Part shown: in pieces, positions 37,957 to 64,000 of the stretch
Numbering within the stretch: the first letter of the stretch is position 1
Layout: each line of letters begins with the position of its first letter
Source of the DNA: the human T2T-CHM13v2.0 reference genome, Homo sapiens
Reading direction: 5' to 3' (one strand)
Assembly (NCBI RefSeq): GCF_009914755.1
Contig: NC_060946.1
Length of the DNA: 64,000 bases
Made by a program: the position numbers and the translations under genes
The notes under the pieces: generated by a model
Seen by the model: the letters and a program-made list of their open reading frames with translations, nothing else
Database searches by the model: none
What the model was told of the DNA's origin: nothing

Positions 37957-38785
37957 TCAACAAAGTCAGCGCTACCCCTGCCACACCATTGGCTACACAA
38001 GGTTACAGTTTCTATAGCTACAAGCCTGTCTCTTAGGGAACGCAACATACCACAGAGTGGCCTCCCTAGAAAGGCCACTTAGTCATGTGAAATGTAGATC
38101 TCTGCTGAAACAGAGATGTTTTCCCTTGGAATTTACAGTTAATAAAGTGACACTCAGTAGTGTGAACGTGACAGAACGGGATACAATAAGAGAATGAATC
38201 TGCTTCCCTCAGATGGAAATAAACAGGCTGGACTGTGATGACAGCCAATAGAAAACACAAAGCCTGGCCAGGCGCCGTGGCTCACACCTGTAATCCCAGC
38301 ACTTTGGGACACCGAGGCAGGCAGATCACGAGGTCAGGAGTTCAAGACCAGCCTGACCAACATGGTGAAACCCTGTCTCTACTAAAAATACAAAACTTGA
38401 CCAGGCATGGTGGCGCACACCTGTAATCCCAGCTACTAGGGAGGCTGAGGTGGGAGAATAAACCCGGGAGGCGGAGCTTGCAGTGAGCCGAGATCGTGCC
38501 AGTGCACTCCAGCCTGGGCAACACAGTGAGGCTCCATCTCAAAAAAAAAAAAAAAAAAAACGAAAACACAAAGCAATTATCTGTTCATTGTGATACGATG
38601 TCAGCTGTTGGACCTGGCGTGCTTCCAGAATGAGCTTGGAGATATGCTGGAGGATTACAAAACAAAACCCCTTACAGATCAGGACTCAGAGCAACAGATT
38701 TTTGTTACACGATCAAACGATAAGAATACCATTACTATACCATAATATATTCTCATTTCTCTTGCACTTTCTTGCATATTATTGA

Positions 38786-39093
<308 letters not shown>

Positions 39094-39792
39094 TGAGCCA
39101 CCGCGCCTGGCTATTTATTTTTAATTTCTTTAAATTTAATTGAATCCTCTAACATCCTTCCAAGATTGTTACGTAAAACACCCACTGTATAGGAGAGAAA
39201 ACTAGGCCAGATGTGGGGGCTCATGCCTGTAATTGCAGCACTTTGGGAGGCTGAGGCAGGAGGATCACTTGAGCCCATGAGTTCAAGACCAACTTGGGCA
39301 ATAAAGTGAGACCCTATCTCTACAGAAAAAAGTTAGCCGGGTGTGGTGGCACATACATGTAGTCCTAGCTACTCAGGAGGCTGAGATGGGAGGATCACTT
39401 GAGCCCAAGAGTTCAAGGTGCAGTGAGCTGTGATTGCACCACTGCACTCCAGCCCAGGTGACAGAGCAAGACCCTGTCTCAAAAAACAAACAGATTAAAA
39501 AAGCAACAGAAAAAAAAAAAGAAGAGAAAACAAGCTTCAAAGATGTGACACAATTGCCAAAAGCCACCAGACAGTCAAGTAAAGAACGAAGGAAACAACT
39601 AAATAGGACTTGACCCCAGGTCTCCTGAGGCCACACCCAGGGAGCTTGCTACTTGAACCAGTGATGATTTAAAAAAATAACTCGGCCGGGCTCAGTGGCT
39701 CACGCCTGTAATCCCAGCACTTTGGGAGGCCAAGGCAGGCAGATCACATTCAAGACCATCGTGGCCAAGATGGTGAAACCCCGTCTCTACTA

Positions 39793-40113
<321 letters not shown>

Positions 40114-40413
40114 CTAGGAAAGCTCTCTGGACCATTTATCAAGAGGAATCAGGCTTTTGGCATTTTTGAAGAAAAAGTAATAAATGACATGCTAAGTTTA
40201 TGAGAAGATATTTTTTCCCTGAATTTATTCTCTTTCCCATCGGAATTAAATTCTAATATTCATACAGAAGCAACACATTTGTTCCTAAGTCAAATAAAGA
40301 ACCCTATCTAAAGGCATAAAAAACCGTTGAATTATAGCAGAGGCATACAAAATAAAAATTTTATAGTTCCCCCAACCTCACTGGAGGACCTCTGCCATAG
40401 CTAAGAAAAATAG

Positions 40414-40768
<355 letters not shown>

Positions 40769-41094
40769 TAACTCAATTAATCTTTCCAAAAACCCTACAA
40801 GGAAGGAAGCATTACCATCTTGACTTTACAGATGGGAAAAATAAAGGGATACAGCTTGCCTGAGGTCACACTACTAGTACGTGGTGGAGCTGAGACCCGG
40901 GCCTGGGCAGCCTTGGGGCCAGTCCCCGCTCCGAACCACTAGACCGAGTCTGAGATGACTTTGATCCTTCTTCCTGAAGGGAAACATTTGGACAGAAGAA
41001 TTCTGGGTTTTCTCCCTAACCTCTATCCTCCGCCCCACTCAAGCTCCTAATTTTGTGAGACGTAGAGATCCCCAGTGTTCACTGAGCTATACCA

Positions 41095-42850
<1,756 letters not shown>

Positions 42851-43088
42851 AAAATAATTATGCTTTCAAAACCACTTCATAACATGGGGAGCTGGATATG
42901 TTCTGATGTAGAATAACAAACAGACGCAACTGTGCTTATTACACTGATTTAAATGATATACATCACAATCGTGGTTTTATAGACATACACTGTGCACAGA
43001 CAAATAAATGAGGAATACATTAAATATTAACAATGGTTGTTTGGAGGTGGGAGAACTGTGGGTGGTATTTTCTTCATCCATTTATCTA

Positions 43089-43462
<374 letters not shown>

Positions 43463-44327
43463 TCACGATTGGGAGTAATTTAGGCAAAACTTGCCTGGGA
43501 GCAAGGAGTATAGACTAGAAAATTGTTTGAAGTTCATGCTTTTGTAACAAGGGCCGGTTCTAGAATTTGGCATCAGATGGGTAGCAGCTTTGGAAGGAAG
43601 CATAAGAAAGGGACACACGAGGACTCCACACAGCCCCAATTGTCACTTTCCACCACCACATATCCTCTTTAATTCTGAGAGTATTCAAAGGAGTTTAACC
43701 ATTCAGTGGATGATACAATTATCACAGTGGCATAGCCAGTTGTCCTGTTAACAGCCATCACATGTGACCCTGGGGAGCCCAGGCTTCTTTCGTGGTCAGA
43801 CCTAAACCTGCTGAGAGAGGGTGGTTTCATGTTAGTCACTGACAGAGCACATCTCCAGCTCTCACTGTGGAATCCAAGTTTTCCTTTCGCCTTCCTGCCT
43901 CATTTGGTTCTGCCCATTTGCTTGGAGCCAGAAAGGGAAAAGGAAGAACACAGGACATCCTCTCCGCTCTGCAACTGACCCAGGTCTGTCTATAACACCT
44001 CCTGACAGTGCCCAGAAATCCTCCTATTTAAACCATTGGCCCCTGATGCGATTTCTTTTCCAAATATGCTCATAGATCATTGCAGAGACAATGTTAAACT
44101 CGAGAGCATTATCATCTGTATAAATCAGTCTCATCTTTAACCGTAACTCAGAGCTTCCATGTAGGAATACGCACCGAAACACAGGCTACCGTCTGCGTTC
44201 TCATGGAGCTTACGATTTAGCTGCACTGATAGGATATTTACACATGAAGAAATAACAATGTAAGAAAATTCATAGACACTAATTTTTAGGGACAAAGCAA
44301 ACGTCTTTTTTTTTTTTTCCAGACTGA

Positions 44328-44635
<308 letters not shown>

Positions 44636-45990
44636 TAATTGCAAGCTTCCTGTGGGGGCTGGGATTGCTTCATAGTCCTCCATACACCCCCTCAGGGTCC
44701 CCACAATGCCTTGAACACCATAATGCTCTGGTAAATGTTTTGGTCTGGAAATTCGATGTCATTCTAAGTCCATAGTCCTTGTCTAGTTAGACACTGGTGC
44801 TTCTATCCTAACGAAGGTGAGTCTTCCTCTCTGCAGATGGTACAGTCAAGATGACCTAGCTGTAACCTGGCTACTAGAGGACCAAGGAGAAAAATAAACT
44901 TCTACCACGCTTTCGAAAACAAGCACTCAAACTCAGGAGATACTTGATTGAAGTTGAAAGAGTGGTGCATTCCCCAAGGCAGTACCCTCATGAATGGGAT
45001 TAGTGTCCTTTAATAAAAGAGACCCAAGAGAGGTCCCTTGCTCCTTCCAGCATGTGAGATTACAGCAAAAAGATGCTGTCTATGAACCAGAAAGTGGGCC
45101 CTCACCAGACACTGAATCTGTCGGCACCTTGATCTTGGATTTCCCAGCTTCCAGAAGTGGGAGAAATAAATTTCTCTTGTAAATAAGATAAACAGTTTAT
45201 GATATTTTATTATAGCAGCCCCAAGGGACTAAGACAGAAATCCAGTTGTACACCAGATGGTTGTAACACGTTCAGTGGAATGAAAACCTTGTGTCTTGGC
45301 AGGGTGCAGTGGCTCATGCCTGTAATCCCAACGCTTTGGGAGGCTGAGGTGGGAGGGTCACTTGAGGCCAGGTGTTCAAGACCAGCCTGGGCAACATAAG
45401 GAGATGTCCAGATAGCCGGCAAAACAGTGTTCCTGGGTAGGCCTGTGATGGTGTTTCCAGAAGAAATTAGTGCTGTGAGTCGGTAGAGTGAGTAAAAAAG
45501 AGTCTCTTAAAAAAAATGTTGGCCGGGCACGGGGCTCACGCCTGTAATCCTAGCACTTTACAAGGCTAAGGCAAGTGGATCACTTGAGGTCAGGAGTTCG
45601 AGACCAGCCTGGCCAACATGGTGAAACCCCATCTCTACTAAAAAATACAAAAATTAGCTAGGAATGGTGGTGTGTGCCTGTAGTCCCAGCTGCTCAGGAG
45701 GCTGAGGCATGAGAATCACTTGAACTCAGGAGGTGGAGGTTGCAGTGAGCCGAGATCGTGCCACTGCACTCCAGCCTGGGTGTGGTGGTATGCACCTGTA
45801 GTCCCAGCTACTCAGGAGGCTGAGGCAGGAAGATCGCCTGAGCCCAGGAGATTGAGGCTGCAGCACTCCAGCCTGGGCAACAGAGCAAGATCTGGTTTCC
45901 AAAAAACCCAAAAAAACCTTGTGTCTTCATGTGGAGATTAAGTATGGTTTAAGGAGATGTGTATGGATGACAAGTTCAAAAAGGATGGTC

Positions 45991-46788
45991 GTGTGATGGT
46001 TAATTTTATGTGTCAGTTTGACTGAGCTAAGGGATGTCCAGATAGCTGGCAAAACAGTGTTCCTGGGTAGTCCTGTGATGATGTTTCCAGAACAAATTAG
46101 CATTGTGAGTTGGTAGATTGAGTGAAAAAGATCCTCCCAGGTGGATCGCGAGGTCAGGAGATCGAGACCATCCTGGCTAACACGGTGAAACCCCATCTCT
46201 ACTAAAAATACAAAAAATTAGCTGGGCATGGTGGCGGGTGCCTGTAGTCCCAGCTACTCAGGGGGCTGAGGCAGAAGAACGGCGTGAACCCGGGAGGCAG
46301 AGCTTGCAGTGAGCGGAGATTGCACCACTGCACTCCAGCCTGGGCGAGAGAGTGAGACTCTGTCTCAGAAAAAAAAAAAAAAATTAGAAAAAGATCCTCC
46401 CTGTCAGTGGGTATCATCCACTGTTGAGTGGACAAAAGGTGGAAGAGGGGCGAATCTGCTCTTTCTGGGCTGACATCCATTTTCTCTTGCCCTTGGAGGT
46501 CAGTGCTCCTAGCTCTTGCTTTTGGGCTTAGACTGGGACTTACATCATTGTGCCTCTGGTCCTCAGTCTTCAGATTCAGACTGAATTATACCACCAGCTT
46601 TCCTGGTTTTTCAGCTTGCAGATGGCAGATCCTGGGACTTCTTGGCCTCCATAACTGCATGAGCCAATTCCCATAATAAATCTACACTTGATCTTAGCCA
46701 CAAGGCCGAGAAACGATCAATTCCTATAATAAATCTCTCTTATAATATCCTGTTGGTTCTGTTTCTCTGGAGAACCCTGACTAATATA
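45991..46788 (+). mobile_element. MLT2 (ERVL) LTR with Alu and U2 insertions
   Basis: tgtgatggttaattttatgtgtcagtttgactgagctaaggg ... ttctgtttctctggagaaccctgactaata. Confidence 0.85.
46682..46717 (-). pseudogene. RNU2: U2 snRNA 5' fragment (nt 1-36) retropseudogene
   Basis: Reverse complement atcgtttctcggccttgtggctaagatcaagtgtag versus U2 ATCGCTTCTCGGCCTTTTGGCTAAGATCAAGTGTAG (2 mismatches); 17-bp TSD caattcc(c/t)ataataaat at 46665-46681 / 46718-46734. Confidence 0.92.
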
Positions 46789-46817
46789 CCTTTTTTTTTT
46801 TTTTTTTTTTTTTTTGA

Positions 46818-47096
<279 letters not shown>

Positions 47097-47445
47097 TAAT
47101 ACACCTTTTAACCTAAAATTTCAGGACTTTCTTTACTTAGAAAATTATATACACATATATAGCTGTGATTGTGCCACTGCAATCCAGCCTGGGCGACAGA
47201 GTGAGCCCTTGTCTCAAAAGAAAAAAAAAGTTTGGTATATAATCTTCCAATCCCTTTCTATGAATTTAAATGTTTATTTTCTACCTAGTAATCTTATTTT
47301 TTTTAATTCTTTATTTCCTAGATAATGTTCATTGAACCTTTTTGTATTGAGAAATTTTAAGGCACATTTAAAAAATATATTCTAACCAGGCACCGTGGCT
47401 ATCTTAGCACTTTAGGAGGCTGAGGCGGGTGATCAGTTGAGGTCA

Positions 47446-50825
<3,380 letters not shown>

Positions 50826-51279
50826 TGTTTGTTTGTTTTAAGTAGGGTTTGTTTGGGCCAAATTTGAAGACTGCAACCCAGAAGACATAGATTCAAGTTG
50901 CCCTGAATATATGCTTCAATTAGCAGCAGCTATACATGGGTTTTTAAAGGAAAAAAGAAGGGGTAGTTCTTACACTGGTTCATTAAAATAACATAAGCTA
51001 TTGATTGGCTATACATTTTTTTTTTTGTATCACAAATTCTAGGAACATGAAGATAATGGGTAAGGGTCACATTCTGCAACTTGTGATAACATTTTAGGTC
51101 ATTTATCAGCTAGTCTGGAAACTACAGGTAAGGAAAGAAAGAAGAAAATGCTTTTAAACAATTGCCTGGGTGCAGGTATGTATGTGTGACTGAAGTATAC
51201 TCATGACTCGCTGGGTGTGATACATTTTGCAAACCTCACATAGCTCAGACTGCTCTAAGCTACTTCTCATTCTCAATGT

Positions 51280-54400
<3,121 letters not shown>

Positions 54401-54483
54401 AGAGGTAAATAATTATAAGATACTACTCAAATATTCTTTAGCCTATCTAATTTTCAAAAAGAGATGTTAAGAGTTCCACATGA

Positions 54484-54628
<145 letters not shown>

Positions 54629-55772
54629 TAGCTGGGATTACAGGCATGCACCACCACGCACAATTAATTTTTGTATTTTTAGTAGAGACAGGGTTTCTCC
54701 ATGTTGGCCAGGCTGGTCTTGAACTCCTCACCTCAGGTATCAACCTGCCTCAGCCTCCCAAAATGCTGGGATTACAGATGTGAGCCACTGCACTGAGCCG
54801 GATCTGTCAATTTCTTTTAGTAATTCTGACCATCTTTGTATTATGCATTTGAATCTATGTGATTAAATGTATTAAATAAAAATTACAGGATGTTATTGTT
54901 TTGGACTAAGTTTCTGCTCTTGGATCCAATGGACAAGATCAAAAATCAAAACGGACTCACCTATGCCAAAGTTCCACATCACTAAACCCAAACCAAGTTG
55001 ACTGACCCTCCCCAAAATCACAAATAATTTCCCAAACAGGCCAGTTTAAATCTTCATTTGGCATGATAATGAAGTTCCCTCTGCTTTAGTCCTTACAGGA
55101 AAAAAGTAGCTTGATGTTTGCTAGTCAGTTATTTTTCTATTGTTCTGTCTCTCTGTCCCTGCCTTATAAGAAACATAGCTTTGAAATCACCAATATGCTC
55201 TTTGCTCTTTGCTTCTGCTTTCTCTCTTTGTTTTTTTGAGACAGGGTCTTGCTCTGTTTTTCTTTAGCTGTTCTGTCTATAAAGCCAACCTCTTCTGTTG
55301 CCCAGTTCTAGAACTGCCAAAAAGCTAGTTAACTGGGAGTGGGGTGAGGGGGAGAGGACTAGAAGACTTAAAAAATAATTTTATTTATGATATAATAATA
55401 CTGTATACCTGACAGTGATTCATCCAGAACAGAGCTGAGAACCTAGGAAATAAGAGGCGTTTAAGTCACCAAACAAGGTATTGCACTTTATTCATAGGAA
55501 AATGTCCTCCTCAGTGTACTTGCTCTTGTTTTATAAAAACTTCTAAAAACTTTGTGGCTCTTTGGCAGTCTCACCAAATTAGAAATTGCCTATTAGAAGA
55601 GAATGTTCTCAGACGCAGGCATGTGAAGGTCAGAAAAAGTGTTAATTAACAGCTAGGAACAGGACAATATGTATTTGTTAAAAAAAAAAAAAAAGATACA
55701 GAAATGCAAAAACACAGCAGTTTGGAGTGGTTCTTTGAAGGGACAAGCCGTCCAATAAGTTCCCAAAGGTAT

Positions 55773-56501
55773 TGAAACTGCCTTTGGAAAATTATAACTG
55801 AGGAAATTGTGGCAGTGAAAGAAATCAGACCTAACTGACTCTATCTTGCTTCTAACCTTTAAGCTGTCCTTGTTCATTCCTGGACATAGGCCGAACTAGC
55901 TTTGGGAAGGAATTCAGTTCATGGTTTGACTCTGAAACAAAATTATTAACAGCCCATTCCTGAAAAGACCCCCTTCTTGCCTGGGGAGCAGTCTGCCTTT
56001 GCAGGACCAACAAATTAGCTACAAGATTAGAAATTACAGTTTAGGGGTCTTGTAGCCTCTGGCTCTAAGAGTCTGAGCCTCCCCAGACTGCTCCTCGGGA
56101 TAACATCACTATTGTAAAACCTAAGATCAGTGCTTGAGATATTTTGCAGACCCTGTACTCCATGGATCAGCTGACACCACCCAGACCTGTAATAAGGCTC
56201 AACCAGTTCTGCTATCCCACCCAGGAACAGAAAACAGCAAGAAAACCTCACTTTGACTCCCTATGATTCCATCTCCAACCTGATCAATCAGCACTCCCCA
56301 CTTCCCAAGCCCGTGCCCCACAAATTATCTTTAAAAACTCCGATCCTCGAAGGCTCAGGAAGGCTGATTTAAGTAATAATAAAACTCTGGTCTCCTGCAC
56401 AGCCAGCTCTGCGTGAATTACTCTTTCTCCATTGCAATTTCTGTCTTGATAAATTGGCTCTGCCTAGCCAGAGGGCAAGATGAACCCACTGGGCAGTTAC
56501 A
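55773..56501 (+). mobile_element. LTR8 solo LTR (ERV1)
   Basis: tgaaactgcctttggaaaattataactgag ... cccactgggcagttaca; 4-bp TSD gtat on both sides. Confidence 0.9.
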
Positions 56502-56594
56502 GTATCCCCACATTATGTGCCACCAGAGTGACACATCACAATGATGTCCCAGTGCTAAAGCAAAAACTGAATGATATGTATTATGTTTATTTGA

Positions 56595-56789
<195 letters not shown>

Positions 56790-56998
56790 TAGAGACAAGG
56801 TCTCATTAGGTTTCCCAGGCTGGTCTCAAACTCCTGGGCTCAAACAATCTCCCAACGTTGGCTTCCCAAAGTGCTGGGATTACAGGCATGAGCCACTGTG
56901 CCTGGCCTATGTTATGTTGAAAGTGGCCAAGGATGGGCCGGGTACGGTGGCTCACGCCTGTAATCCCAGCACTTTGGGAGGCCGAGGTAGGTGGATCA

Positions 56999-58356
<1,358 letters not shown>

Positions 58357-58425
58357 TTAGGAAAACAATCTGTTTATGTAGTGCCACGTATTCAGTGCTG
58401 CGTACAGCGTAGGAGTTCAGTCCTA

Positions 58426-58731
<306 letters not shown>

Positions 58732-58906
58732 CTAAAAAAAAAAGAAAAAGGGAAAAAGAAACAATGGAAGAACTCTATGAAAAATCCATAGCTAATGCTC
58801 AAAGGCAAAAGACAGGATGCTTTCCCCGAAGATCAGGAACAAGACAAGAAATTACATACATATAATGCAATAGAATATATAAACTGTCTTAGTTGGGTGA
58901 CACTAA

Positions 58907-60330
<1,424 letters not shown>

Positions 60331-60453
60331 GGGGGCTGGCACAGTGGCTCACGCATGTAATCCCAGAACTTTGGAAGGCTGCAGTGGGTGGACTGCCTGA
60401 GGTCAGGAGTTTGAGACCAGCCTGGCTAATATGGCGAAACCCTGTCTCTGCTA

Positions 60454-60690
<237 letters not shown>

Positions 60691-61128
60691 TTATATGCTT
60701 ATTGTCTGTCTCTTTCCATTCTAATGCAAATCCCATAAGACAAGAATCTTGTCTGTCTCATTTACATTTTATCCCTATTGCTTAGCAAAGTGGCTGGCAC
60801 ATGGCAGATCTTCAAAAATTATTTGTTGACGTCTTTTTAAGGGACAGGGTCTCGCTCTGTCACCCAGGCCAGACTGCAGTGGCATGATCGTAGCTCACTG
60901 CAGCCTCAAACTCCTAGGTTCAAGTGATCCTCCCACCTCAGCCTCCAGAGTAGCTCAGACTGCTGAAACATGCCACCATGCCTGGCTATTTTTCTTTTTA
61001 ATTTTTTGTAGAGATGGAGTCTTGCCATGTTACCCAGGCTAGCATGGCTAGCATTCCTGTTTTGTTTTGTTTTGTTTTCCTTTTTCATGAGACAGAGTCT
61101 CACTGTCTCCCAGGCTGGAGTGCAGTAG

Positions 61129-61356
<228 letters not shown>

Positions 61357-62143
61357 TGAGGCTAGCATTCTTGTTTTATTACACAGTACCTTTTCTACTC
61401 ACAAGCTCCTGAGATCATGCATGTATTTCTCAGCTTCCTTCTGCCTAGACACGCCCACACTTCATTCAAGTCAGACTAAGATAGGAGTGCATCAACCATA
61501 TGGTATTTAATATGGTGAAATTTCTAAGGCACTAAATCTTAGGGAAGCCATGTCTTTCTCAACACTGTAGCCCACCCCCCTCAATATAAACTCAATGGAC
61601 AAATATTTACAGAATATTCATAGCAATGCCTGGTACTTAGCCATGTTAACGAGGATTCAGAGCTCTGAATCTACTTGGTTGAGCGGGTAGGTAAGTAAAC
61701 AAATAAATACAATTTAATGCTGAAGGTGCTTGACAGAGCTTCACCCAGAGTATTATGTTCCAAAAACTAACAAAGACATACATACCTCCCAGCCTAGTCA
61801 ATATAGTGTAAGACCCCACCTACAAAAAAAAAAAAAAAAATTAGCTGGGCAGGGTCACACTTGCCTGTGGTACCAGCTACTCGGGAGGCTGAGGTGAGTG
61901 AATCGCTTGCGTGGTTGAGGCTGCAATGAGCTTTAATCATGCCACTGCACTCCAGCCTGGGTGACAGAGCAAGACTCTGTCTCCAAAATAAAATAAAATA
62001 AAATAAAAAGCATTCCAGAGACCTTTGTCTTACGGACATCCTCACCCAAACTTGAAATTCAAATGATGGGCCTACTCTTTTTAACGTGGGTGTTACTGCA
62101 TAAATCATACCTCAAGGAAAAAGATGCAGGAACTGAGCCTTGA

Positions 62144-62434
<291 letters not shown>

Positions 62435-63213
62435 TAGTAAAGGTCAACCAAATACTAAAAAAGAATCCAATTTATTTTCTTTCATTGACTGTATGCTGAA
62501 TCTACCTTTGATCTTTGGAGAAAAGAGAAATAGTGCTGGCAAACTTCTGAACTTATTTGCTAAGTTGCTTGTTAAGCTAAACAATCACAACCATCGAGTG
62601 GCTATATTTTTAACCTGGGGTCCTTTGGCATATAATATGTATCGAGAGTAATAGGCTTACCTCTTCTAGGAAGACAGCATGCTGTTGTGGAAAAAAGGAT
62701 GGCATTTGAAATTAGAAGACCTGTTTGGTCCTGCTCTGTCAGTTACTGGCTGTTTGACTATGAATGAGTCATTTAACAATTTGGAACCTGTCTCCACACC
62801 TATAAAATGGAGATATCACCTGCCCACTGCATCTCAGAGGTCTGCAGCACCAAATAAGAGGGTGGATGCCAGATTGTTTTATGAACTACAAAGAAATATA
62901 CAAAGATTAATAATCAGTGTTTATATCTGTATGCTACAGCTTTAGCCAGTCACTGGCACAAATGTACTCAGTAAGTGTTCGTAAAATAAATTAATATCTC
63001 AAATGCTCCTGGAATATAGACCAATGAGAGCTCTAGTCAGCTATAACCAGGAAGCCTCAATAGTTACCACATTTATTTCAGATGATATGGGCCAATTGTG
63101 GTGGCTCATGCCTGTAACCCCAGCACTTTGGGAGGCCAAGGCGGGTGGATCACTTGAGGTCACATGTTCGAGACGAGTCTGACCAACCTGGTGAAACCCC
63201 GCCGTCTCTACTA

Positions 63214-63423
<210 letters not shown>

Positions 63424-64000
63424 TTACATTAACAACACTTGTTTAGTGAGGATTTGATTTTTAAATTCATGGGTTGTCAAAATGCTTTTTACCTCCTGCT
63501 CTGACTTTTAATCATTTTTCTGCCTGTTGGCACTTCCACCAATGGTGAACAGGAACGAGGGAGTTTTAACAAACTGTGGATCATTCTATTTTGTATGTTT
63601 CTTTTCTTTCTTTTCTTTTTTTTTTTTAGACAGGGTCTCACTTTGTTGCCCAGGCTGGAGTGTGCAGTGGTGCAATCTCAGCTCACTGCAGCCTTGGCCT
63701 CTGAGGCTTGAGCAATCCTCCTGCCTCGGCCCCACAATTAGCTGGGACCACAGGCACACACCACCATGCCTGTATTTTTTGTAGAGGCAGGGTCTTGCCA
63801 TGTTGCCTAGACTTGTCTCGAACTGCTGAGCTTAAGTGATCTCTCTGCCTTGGTCTCCCAAATTGCTGGGATCACAGGTGTGAGCCACCGTGCCCGGCTG
63901 CCTAATTTTGCAGGTTTCTGTTAGCTCCAATAAAGGCCATAAAGAGGTGGATACTACTGGCCAAAAACTGTAACTTTTGTGTCTCGCACTTCAATACCTG

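Noticed and set aside
44117-44129. 13-nt match (tgtataaatcagt) to the end of repeat copy 1
   Set aside because: Short, AT-rich and with no flanking homology; compatible with chance

Overview
Hominoid (most likely human) intergenic or intronic DNA that is extremely Alu-dense. It also carries one full-length SVA (- strand, about 48.05-50.83 kb), several solo ERV LTRs (some nested), old L1/L2/MIR/MER remnants, microsatellites, an LTR-less HERV-K(HML-2) gag fragment, and two tailless small-RNA retrocopies (U2 5' fragment, tRNA-Gly 5' half). No bona fide protein-coding gene is supportable: nearly all ORFs in the track are Alu, SVA or LTR read-through. The least explained structure is a pair of ~165-bp direct repeats 2 kb apart (27877-28038 and 29853-30018, about 87% identical by hand alignment) that I cannot assign to any repeat family. 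The copies share an identical T15 run, a hydrophobic small ORF with mostly synonymous N-terminal differences, conserved splice-like signals and a minus-strand poly(A)-signal/A15 arrangement. Several smaller templated local duplications and insertions also occur. All alignments and counts were done by eye, and repeat subfamily names are recalled from memory of consensus sequences, so they need RepeatMasker/Dfam confirmation.
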